From positions 64,001-128,000 of the forward strand of contig JAKSOL010000004.1 of the NCBI GenBank assembly GCA_024405635.1: 64,000 nt of DNA, given 5' to 3'. The position numbers and the translations under genes are program-made. Numbering within the stretch: the first letter of the stretch is position 1; each line of letters begins with the position of its first letter. Shown one piece after another: positions 56,189-64,000 of the stretch. The notes below the pieces were generated by a model that saw nothing but the letters and a program-made list of their open reading frames with translations, had not been told where the DNA came from and made no database searches. Origin of the DNA: Salinivirgaceae bacterium. GTDB taxonomy: Bacteria; Bacteroidota; Bacteroidia; Bacteroidales; SZUA-534.

Positions 56189-59100
56189 ATGAAGCATATA
56201 CTCACTCTAGCATTTTTATTTTTGGCATTTATTGCAAATGCGCAAAGTACAAAGAGCATGCGTGACATTGAAGGTTTAGTGGCATGGTTTTCAGCCGACT
56301 CTGTTCATTTGACAGATGATGGACATGTTGATATTCTTTACGATAAGAGTGGGAATAGTAGGCATGCAGTGCAAAACACTGTAGGTAAGCAACCTATTTG
56401 TATGGAGAGAGATTCTTCCATCAACTATCAACGTACTTTGTATTTTGATGGAAATGATTTTTTTACTTCTTCTTTTGGACAATCCATTTCACAGCCTAGC
56501 ACCATAGTTGTGCTTTGGCAGCAATTACAGTCAAACGCAAGTACTACTTGTTATACAGGATTGAGTTCAACCTCTAGGAACCAACTTTATTTATCAAAAA
56601 ATAAATTTGGATTATATGCTGGACTTGAGTTAAATGCGAAAAACGTTTCAACTACTACATTCAAACATTCCATTTTCTTCTCGCTATTCAATGGTAATAA
56701 TTCCTTTTTGGCAATTAACAATCATATTACCATAAGTGGAAATGTAGGAGGATTGGCTTCTGACGGATTAATAATTGGTTCATACATTAGTAACAAATAT
56801 GGCATTGTCGGCAATATCACTGAACTAATATTCATTAATAACACATTATCTGTAGCTGACTCATCCGTAATCATGGATTACTTACGCGACAAATACGCTC
56901 CAGCAGTTTCACTTAAAGAATTTAATTCTTCATACGGCTTCAAGCCTATGGTATTCAAAAAGCCTTGGCTTACAAGCCTAATATGGAATGACGGATATAC
57001 AGATTCTATTAGAGTTTTCTCTCACAACGGTTTTTATAAAGTCACAGCCACCGACATCTTCGGTTTTACATCTTCTGACTCTGCATACATCTCCATAGTA
57101 GAGCCCAATGCTCTAACCGACACCACCATCTGTCTCGGCGACACCATAACATGGAACACAAATCTTGCAGGTCCATACACCTACCTCTGGAGCAATGGCA
57201 GTACAGACCCTTCGCTCAATATTTCAAGCGGAGGACAGTATTGGGTAGTTATTACCGACACAGCAGGCTACTCTTGGCACTCCGACATCATTACCGTAAC
57301 CGTTGATAGTTTTCCAGTTCAAGCAACCCTTGGACCTGATACCATTCGAGCTTGTGTTGGCAATTACATTTACCTGGCCAATGGCTACGAGAGTGCAACA
57401 TCGTACTTGTGGTCAACTGGCGACACCACTAACCACTTTGAGATTTTCGAGAGTGGACTATACAGCGTTAGTGTGGTTAATAATCTAGGTTGCCGCGCTA
57501 TCGATACTGCCTATTATCACGTTGAGGGCATTGCTCCAACTGTTAATTTTTCTTACGATTCGCTTTGCCAGACGCGCAACATAAAGTTCACCAATCTATC
57601 GCATAGCAATGACGAAAGTCCTATTTCTACTTTTAATTGGTGGTTTGGAAATGGAGATTCCTCAGTTCAACAAAACCCAGAATATACATTCCAATCAAGT
57701 GGAAATTTCGAGATAAAACTAATGGTTGAGTGCCAAAATGGATGCGCAAACGAAGTCCGTAAATCGCTTACAGTATGGCAGTTACCTACTGCCGATTTTG
57801 TGCCTGATGCAGTCTGCTCTGATACAGAAACACAACTCTTTAGCCGCAGCAAGTCACCTGACGATACCATCTCACTTTGGCAATGGACCATTGGCGGCAT
57901 CGGTTATTCCGAAGTTAATCCAAAACTGCAATTTGCCGATGCTGGTAAGGTTGGGGTAACCTTGGCAGTTGCAACAGCTCATGGTTGTACCGATACAATA
58001 AGCAAAACCATCGTTGTGCGTAAAGGTCCTCAAGCCGATTTTAATGTGGGCCCAGTTTGCGTCGATGCTCCTATTTCGCTTACCAATGCCACCATTAACT
58101 ATCTCAACTTGGCGGTTGATTATAAGTGGGAAATTGATGACACTGATTTTTCTAATATGCGCAATGCCGAGTTGGTGCTAAACGATACCGAACCTCACAA
58201 AGTAGTTATGACTGTTCGCCAACATTCAAACGGATGTGAATCGAGCGTGCATAAAACTCTTCAAGCAAAATCTCGTCCCAACGTTGGCTTTGATGTTAAC
58301 GATGTGTGTGCCAATAGTTTACCTAAACTTATCGCTGCACAAGGTAATAATGTTGAACAACTTGATTGCGTGTGGACCATCGACACGTTGCCAAAAATCT
58401 TTGGTAAGTCGGCCCAGCTAATTAACTTGAAGGAAGGGCCCCATGCCATTACACTTGTTGCTACCGATGAGGTTGGCTGTCACGACACGGCATCGGCAAT
58501 CTTCAATGTATTGCCTGATGTTCAAGCTACTTTCGTTGCTGATGTTGCTGAAGGTGCAGTACCTCTTGTTGTTACTTTTAAAAATACAACCACTCAAAAC
58601 TCGGAATTCAATTGGGATTTTGGCGATGGATATTTTGCAACAGAGCGAAATGTTCAGCATACATTTGCCGATAGTGGAGTGTTTAATGTTACGCTTACTA
58701 GCACCACTCCAAATGGTTGTGTTACAAAGGCCGAAAAACAAATTTCAACACGAGTAGCACATTCAAACCTTGCCATAGCTCTTGCAAAAGCCAATGTTGT
58801 GACCGATTATATTGAAATTGAGGCAACACTCATCAATAAAGGTACAGTTGACGAGCACAATGTGCTGATTAACTGTACAAACAATTTAGGCCTTGACATA
58901 ACCGAAGCTTTGCCCGATACCATTTTTGCGCATAAAGTTTATCAGCATAAACTAAATGCACGGCTCAACTCGCGCGACTTGCAAAACCTTGAGTTTGTGT
59001 GTCTAAGCATCAAATCGGATAATACAGACGAAGACGAGACCGATAATGAATTCTGCATATCGTTTACCGATAATAGGTTTGTTGTGCTTCAGCCAAAACC

Positions 59101-59338
59101 AAACCCAGCAACCGACCATGTTAACATCGAATTTGTGACACAAGATGGTGGTAATGCACAACTTGCAGTGTATAATGCCAATGGTAAGCAAATAATGTCA
59201 AAAGAGGTAGTTGCCGAATCGGGCATTATGCGCATAAAAATTGATGTAAGCACACTGCCTACAGGTAATTATGTGTGCATGTTGTGCCACAATGGTCATG
59301 TGAGCAAACAAATGTTTGTGGTGATGCGCGGAAAATAG
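56189..59338 (+). CDS. T9SS-secreted PKD-domain protein with an N-terminal LamG/concanavalin-like domain
   Basis: Signal peptide; LVAWFSAD..DKSGN and GNITELIF (LamG-like); YLWSNG/YLWSTG units; WWFGNG and WDFGDG PKD motifs; PKPNPA..STLPTGNY CTD. Confidence 0.82.
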   Translation: MKHILTLAFLFLAFIANAQSTKSMRDIEGLVAWFSADSVHLTDDGHVDILYDKSGNSRHAVQNTVGKQPICMERDSSINYQRTLYFDGNDFFTSSFGQSISQPSTIVVLWQQLQSNASTTCYTGLSSTSRNQLYLSKNKFGLYAGLELNAKNVSTTTFKHSIFFSLFNGNNSFLAINNHITISGNVGGLASDGLIIGSYISNKYGIVGNITELIFINNTLSVADSSVIMDYLRDKYAPAVSLKEFNSSYGFKPMVFKKPWLTSLIWNDGYTDSIRVFSHNGFYKVTATDIFGFTSSDSAYISIVEPNALTDTTICLGDTITWNTNLAGPYTYLWSNGSTDPSLNISSGGQYWVVITDTAGYSWHSDIITVTVDSFPVQATLGPDTIRACVGNYIYLANGYESATSYLWSTGDTTNHFEIFESGLYSVSVVNNLGCRAIDTAYYHVEGIAPTVNFSYDSLCQTRNIKFTNLSHSNDESPISTFNWWFGNGDSSVQQNPEYTFQSSGNFEIKLMVECQNGCANEVRKSLTVWQLPTADFVPDAVCSDTETQLFSRSKSPDDTISLWQWTIGGIGYSEVNPKLQFADAGKVGVTLAVATAHGCTDTISKTIVVRKGPQADFNVGPVCVDAPISLTNATINYLNLAVDYKWEIDDTDFSNMRNAELVLNDTEPHKVVMTVRQHSNGCESSVHKTLQAKSRPNVGFDVNDVCANSLPKLIAAQGNNVEQLDCVWTIDTLPKIFGKSAQLINLKEGPHAITLVATDEVGCHDTASAIFNVLPDVQATFVADVAEGAVPLVVTFKNTTTQNSEFNWDFGDGYFATERNVQHTFADSGVFNVTLTSTTPNGCVTKAEKQISTRVAHSNLAIALAKANVVTDYIEIEATLINKGTVDEHNVLINCTNNLGLDITEALPDTIFAHKVYQHKLNARLNSRDLQNLEFVCLSIKSDNTDEDETDNEFCISFTDNRFVVLQPKPNPATDHVNIEFVTQDGGNAQLAVYNANGKQIMSKEVVAESGIMRIKIDVSTLPTGNYVCMLCHNGHVSKQMFVVMRGK

Positions 59339-59358
59339 AGTAGATATGTCATAGAATA

Positions 59359-59392
59359 AAAAACGCTCGGCTTTTAAAAAACCGAGCGTTTT
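59359..59392. terminator. Bidirectional terminator between convergent genes
   Basis: AAAAACGCTCGG...CCGAGCGTTTT. Confidence 0.85.
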
Positions 59393-59417
59393 GTGTAACT
59401 GAAAAGGTAGCTGATTG

Positions 59418-60074
59418 TTATTTGAAAGTCTCAATCAAAATTACGCCATTAGCAGCGCGCACACCGTAAATACTCGACGATGCAGCATCTTTTAGCACAT
59501 CGATGCGTTTAACTTGGCTAGTTGGAATGTTGTTGAACGAGCTACTTTCAATGCCGTCAATTATAATCATTGCGCATTGTGTCCCGTTAGGTGAACCAAC
59601 ACCCCTAATAATAACACAATCGCCATTAACCTGAACATTACTTACTGTGGCCGAAATGGCGTCACCAACGGTGGCAAAACGCCCGTATCCGTAATTTAAA
59701 TCAATGTAAGTTGTTGCAGTTGTGCGGTTGTCTTCGCTAATGTATCCGTAGCCTATTGCTTTATCAACAGCATCGCGTGTGCGGGGCGATTTTAGTTTAA
59801 CAACAAGAGGTTGACGAGTTTTTGAACTTACTTTAATCTTTTGGGTGTCAAAAACCTTGCTAGTAAAAACCAACTCATCTTTATCGTTGCACACAATTGA
59901 AAAATTGCCTGTGCTATCCGACTTGGTTGTTGTTCCCGATTTTTTTGCACTAATGCTTAGATTAGCTACTGGCAAATCGTTCATTACAACCACTCTGCCA
60001 TTAACAACGTGCGTTTGTGCCAATGCGCTGAAACTTGTACAAATTGCTAGCGCAAATGATAGTATTTTCTTCAT
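59418..60074 (-). CDS. Short SusC-like protein: carboxypeptidase-regulatory-like domain + TonB-dependent receptor plug domain, no barrel
   Basis: Signal peptide; SDSTGNFSI; IIRG..S..MIIIDG..IDVLKDAASSSIYGVRAANGVILIET then stop. Confidence 0.8.
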   Translation of the reverse strand: MKKILSFALAICTSFSALAQTHVVNGRVVVMNDLPVANLSISAKKSGTTTKSDSTGNFSIVCNDKDELVFTSKVFDTQKIKVSSKTRQPLVVKLKSPRTRDAVDKAIGYGYISEDNRTTATTYIDLNYGYGRFATVGDAISATVSNVQVNGDCVIIRGVGSPNGTQCAMIIIDGIESSSFNNIPTSQVKRIDVLKDAASSSIYGVRAANGVILIETFK

Positions 60075-60152
60075 GTTTAGTAGATTGTAGTTATGACCGA
60101 AAGATAATTATTATGGCTTTTCGCCAAATACTTTTTACGTACTTTTATCGCG

Positions 60153-61979
60153 ATGGAATATACCGAGCATTTGCAACATATTAAGGAGTTAATTGCCACG
60201 TTACCCGATAGTCCTGGCGTGTATCAGTATTTTGATAAAAACGGCACGGTGATTTATGTGGGCAAGGCAAAAAAACTAAAACGTCGCGTGTCGTCTTACT
60301 TCACTAAGTATCACGAGAGCGCTAAGTTGCGTGTGTTGGTTAAAAACATTGCCGACATTAAACATATTGTGGTCGAAACTGAGCAAGATGCTTTGCTGCT
60401 CGAAAATAACTTGATAAAAAAGTATCAGCCTCGCTATAATTCGCTTTTAAAAGACGACAAAACCTATCCGTGGATTTGTGTAAAAAACGAACCGTTTCCT
60501 CGTGTAATTTCAACTCGTAGGTTTGTGCGCGATGGCAGTACTTACTTTGGTCCTTATACTAGCACAACAACGTTGCGTATAATGCTCGACCTTATAAAGC
60601 AACTTTATCCGTTGCGCTCGTGCAATCAAACCGTTTGCAATCAAACAATAGCACAAGGCAAGCACAAGGTTTGTCTCGAATATCACATTGGCAACTGTCT
60701 TGGTCCATGCGAAGGTTTTCAAACTGAAAAAGATTATGCCGAAAACATAAGCGCCATTAAGGAATTGCTTCGTGGCAATATGGGTGCGGTTATCAATATG
60801 CTTAAGCAAAAAATGCTGGCCCTAAGTGCCGAATATAAGTTTGAACAAGCTCAAGTCGTAAAAAACAAAATGGACAAACTATCGGAGTTTCAAAGCAAAT
60901 CAACCATAGTAAGTCCAACTATACACAATGTTGATGTGTTTAGTATTATCGACGACGAAAACTTTGCCTACGTTAACTTTATGAAAGTGGTTAATGGAGC
61001 CATTGTTCAAGTTCACACCTTCGAGGTACAAAAACACGTTGACGAGGACCGCGAATCGATATTGTTCACCGTAATTAACGAGGCTCGCGAGCGACTAATG
61101 TCCACCGCGTTTGAGATTATTGTGCCAATTGAACCTGAATTTGGATTTGAAAAAGTTGAGTTCACAGTCCCGGTTCGTGGCGATAAAAAGAAATTGCTCG
61201 ACCTTAGCCAACGTAATGCTTTGGTTTATCGCGATGAAAAACTCAAGCGACAACTCAATCGCAGCCCGCAAAAACGAGTTGATAGACTAATGGAAACCAT
61301 GCGCTCCGATTTGCGATTAAAAGAACCTCCTGTGCTTATCGAGGGCTTTGACAACTCAAACATACAAGGAACAAACCCAGTGGCTTCGTGCGTAGTATTT
61401 CGCAATGGTGCGCCAAGCAAACGCGACTATCGCCACTTCAATATAAAAACCGTTGTAGGCGCAAACGACTTTGCCTCAATGGAGGAAATTATATATCGCC
61501 GTTATCGTCGTCAACTCGACGAAGGCAACCCTTTGCCGCAACTTATTCTAATCGATGGTGGTAAAGGCCAACTTGGTGCAGCAGTTAGCAGCCTTACCAA
61601 ACTGGGAATAATTAACCGCGTGCAAGTTATCGGTATCGCTAAGCGGCTCGAAGAACTTTTCTATCCAGGCGATCCTGTACCTTTGTACCTCGACAAAAAC
61701 AGCGAGACACTGAAAGTGTTGCAGCATGTGCGAAACGAGTCGCACCGGTTTGGTATCGGATTCCATCGCGATAAGCGCTCAAAGGCCTTCTTGGTGTCAG
61801 AACTTGACTCAATAAAAGGAGTGGGCGACAAAACAAAAGAACTGCTGATGCGCGAATTTAAGTCGGTTGAGGCTATTAAAAACGCAACTTTCGACCAACT
61901 CGCTCATCATATTGGCGACTCAAAAGCAAAAATTGTGATGGAATATTTTGCCGAAAAGAAACGTCAAGAAACACTTTAA
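60153..61979 (+). CDS. uvrC: Excinuclease ABC subunit C
   Basis: PGVYQY..IYVGKAKKLKRRVSSYF, LKDDKTYP, IEGFDNSN, LIDGGKGQL, VRNESHRF, C-terminal HhH. Confidence 0.97.
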   Translation: MEYTEHLQHIKELIATLPDSPGVYQYFDKNGTVIYVGKAKKLKRRVSSYFTKYHESAKLRVLVKNIADIKHIVVETEQDALLLENNLIKKYQPRYNSLLKDDKTYPWICVKNEPFPRVISTRRFVRDGSTYFGPYTSTTTLRIMLDLIKQLYPLRSCNQTVCNQTIAQGKHKVCLEYHIGNCLGPCEGFQTEKDYAENISAIKELLRGNMGAVINMLKQKMLALSAEYKFEQAQVVKNKMDKLSEFQSKSTIVSPTIHNVDVFSIIDDENFAYVNFMKVVNGAIVQVHTFEVQKHVDEDRESILFTVINEARERLMSTAFEIIVPIEPEFGFEKVEFTVPVRGDKKKLLDLSQRNALVYRDEKLKRQLNRSPQKRVDRLMETMRSDLRLKEPPVLIEGFDNSNIQGTNPVASCVVFRNGAPSKRDYRHFNIKTVVGANDFASMEEIIYRRYRRQLDEGNPLPQLILIDGGKGQLGAAVSSLTKLGIINRVQVIGIAKRLEELFYPGDPVPLYLDKNSETLKVLQHVRNESHRFGIGFHRDKRSKAFLVSELDSIKGVGDKTKELLMREFKSVEAIKNATFDQLAHHIGDSKAKIVMEYFAEKKRQETL

Positions 61980-62013
61980 ACTTAATTACGAATAAAGAAA
62001 AACGAATAACAAA

Positions 62014-62691
62014 ATGCGCATCGATATACTATCAGTGGTGCCCGAATTACTCGATGGCCCATTCAACCACAGCATTATTAAACGTGCAGCCCAAAAAGGC
62101 ATTGCCGAGATTCACGTTCACAACATTCGCGACTATTCAACCGATAAACACCACCGTTGCGACGATTATGCTTTTAGCGGAAGTGCTGGTATGGTTATGA
62201 CTATTCAGCCCATTGAGGCAGCCATTGAGGCCTTGAAAAAAGAGCGCAACTACGATGCCATTATATACACCTCACCCGATGGCGAAATGTTCAATCAACC
62301 TATGGCCAACCAACTATCGCAACTCAACAACATTATTATCCTATGTGGCCATTACAAAGGTGTTGACCAACGAGTACGCGACCATTTTATTACCCGCGAA
62401 ATATCAATTGGCGACTATGTGCTCACTGGTGGTGAGTTGGCTGCTGCTGTTATTGCCGATTCTATTATTCGGCTTATTCCTGGCGCCATAAGCGACGAAA
62501 CTTCAGCACTGTCCGATTCTTTTCAAGACAATCTGCTTTCGGCGCCAGTTTACACCCGTCCTGCCGATTACAAAGGGTGGAAAGTTCCCGATATCCTACT
62601 TTCGGGCAACGAACGAGCAATTGAAGAGTGGAAACTAGAGCAAGCTCTTGAACGTACACGTCGTCTCCGTCCCGATTTGCTTGGCGAATAA
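62014..62691 (+). CDS. trmD: tRNA (guanine37-N1)-methyltransferase
   Basis: [41 protein letters not shown]. Confidence 0.97.
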   Translation: MRIDILSVVPELLDGPFNHSIIKRAAQKGIAEIHVHNIRDYSTDKHHRCDDYAFSGSAGMVMTIQPIEAAIEALKKERNYDAIIYTSPDGEMFNQPMANQLSQLNNIIILCGHYKGVDQRVRDHFITREISIGDYVLTGGELAAAVIADSIIRLIPGAISDETSALSDSFQDNLLSAPVYTRPADYKGWKVPDILLSGNERAIEEWKLEQALERTRRLRPDLLGE

Positions 62692-62724
62692 CTAACAAGA
62701 ATGAACTAATAAAATAAACAACCA

Positions 62725-63408
62725 ATGAACGCGATTAGCCAAAAAGTTATGCCTTTTCTTATCGACCTTGGCAATAACAACAATCGCCCGTGGTTTGAAA
62801 CCAATCGCGGCCGTTACCAAGATGTGCTAGCTGAATTTACAGCATTTGTAACCGAACTCATCTCGCGCATCTCAGTTGACGATACAACTCTAGCAAACGT
62901 AAGTGCCAAAAGCTGCATTTACCGTATTTATCGCGATACGCGTTTCAGTGCCGACAAAACTCCATATAAAACGCACATGGCGGCTTCAATATCTGCAGCA
63001 GGAAAAAACCACGTCAGCCCATCGTTTTACGTTCATTTTCAACATGGAAACGAATCTATGTTTGGTGGAGGAATGTTTATAACGGATAGCAATCTACTCA
63101 AACAATTTCGCAACGAAATATGTTCTGTTCCCGAAGATTTTTACGATATAATTAACGCACCAGAGTTTCGCCGCTTTTATCCCGAAGGTTTGTGGGATTA
63201 TCAAAAATTGAAGAACGTGCCAAAAGGTTATGATATTGATGAACGCTATGCCGACTTGCTCAAATACAAACACTACCTTATAACAGGGACGTTGCCCGAT
63301 AAATCTTTGTCGGACGAGCACTTGATGGATTATTTGGTTGAAGCACATAGAGTTATACTCCCATTTAACCGATTGCTACTCGATGTAATGAACTCAAGCA
63401 ACGCGTAG
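62725..63408 (+). CDS. DUF2461 family protein
   Basis: NNNRPWF, IYRIYRDTRFSADKTPYKTH, LKNVPKGY, DLLKYK. Confidence 0.88.
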   Translation: MNAISQKVMPFLIDLGNNNNRPWFETNRGRYQDVLAEFTAFVTELISRISVDDTTLANVSAKSCIYRIYRDTRFSADKTPYKTHMAASISAAGKNHVSPSFYVHFQHGNESMFGGGMFITDSNLLKQFRNEICSVPEDFYDIINAPEFRRFYPEGLWDYQKLKNVPKGYDIDERYADLLKYKHYLITGTLPDKSLSDEHLMDYLVEAHRVILPFNRLLLDVMNSSNA

Positions 63409-63430
63409 ATTTATTAGATAGTAGAAAAAC

Positions 63431-63475
63431 AAAAAACCTTGCAAGCGATTGTTTAGCAACCATTTGCAAGGTTTT
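63431..63475. terminator. Hairpin between DUF2461 and the convergent tRNA pair
   Basis: AAAACCTTGCAA...TTGCAAGGTTTT. Confidence 0.7.
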
Positions 63476-63484
63476 GTTGTTTAG

Positions 63485-63570
63485 TACCCGGAGCCGGTTT
63501 CGAACCGGCACGTCCATTACTGGACACAGGATTTTAAGTCCTGCGCGTCTACCGATTCCGCCATCTGGGC
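63485..63570 (-). tRNA. tRNA-Leu(TAA)
   Basis: GCCCAGATGGCGGAATCGGTAGACGCG CAGGA-CTTAAAA-TCCTG, long variable arm, GCCGG-TTCGAAA-CCGGC; CCA not encoded. Confidence 0.95.
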
Positions 63571-63602
63571 AACCATTATTTGTGGAATGGGCAAAAAAAA
63601 AG

Positions 63603-63675
<73 letters not shown>

Positions 63676-63686
63676 GATTGCGGTTG

Positions 63687-63694
63687 CAAATATA
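63687..63694 (-). promoter_or_regulatory. -7 promoter element for the tRNA-Gly/tRNA-Leu transcript
   Basis: TATATTTG on the minus strand 11 bp upstream of tRNA-Gly, with ATTG about 20 bp further upstream. Confidence 0.7.
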
Positions 63695-64000
63695 GAGCTA
63701 CTAGCCGTTTCTGCAATAGGTTTCTTATAAAAAGTTGAATTATTTTTAATGTCGATTGATTATCAGTCGTTTATGATGATATTTTTTTTGAAAAACAACG
63801 TCGCAGTGCTTGTTTAGTTGGCATTTTTGAAGGTTTTTTGCCTTGTTTTTGTATCGAAAAACGCGAGTTTTTGCGAAACGATGCTAAAAATTAAAGAAAA
63901 GAGCTCCAAAAAACGCATTTCGGCAAACCCCGATTTATTGCTATATTCGCACCGATTTGGCAAAAAATGCCACTATCGCTTAAAAAATCTGACAGATGCA

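Overview
A 64 kb chromosomal window from a Bacteroidota (Bacteroidales-like) bacterium. The assignment rests on TAnnTTTG -7 promoters, no Shine-Dalgarno motifs seen, T9SS C-terminal domains and the dnaN / DUF4271-hemD-rnpA-S41 gene order. From left to right: (1) an accessory defence-type block (1-7.4 kb) with three tandem YhcG/DUF1016 genes, each followed by a copy of a ~50 bp repeat, then a heavily structured leader and a two-gene restriction-modification system (half-methyltransferase plus nuclease-helicase-MTase-TRD fusion); (2) a two-gene sugar/hydroxy-acid metabolism pair; (3) two giant T9SS-secreted repeat adhesins, each coupled 4 nt downstream to a paralogous outer-membrane beta-barrel gene, arranged as a divergent inverted pair around a GT4-Sua5-PLD block; (4) housekeeping genes (S46 peptidase, two Kelch lipoproteins, dnaN, hemD, rnpA, S41 protease, MscS, cmk, ispH); (5) an ABC-transporter (Wzm/Wzt) glycan locus with an AT-rich glycosyltransferase core and a four-helix-bundle gene bracketed by complementary heptamer repeats; (6) a PKD-domain T9SS protein, uvrC, trmD, DUF2461, tRNA-Leu(TAA) and tRNA-Gly(GCC). 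The most unusual signals are the repeat-delimited YhcG array with position-conserved but sequence-divergent coding palindromes, the apparently split methyltransferase with a candidate internal start, and the heptamer-flanked four-helix gene. All calls come from motif recognition by eye; no searches were run.
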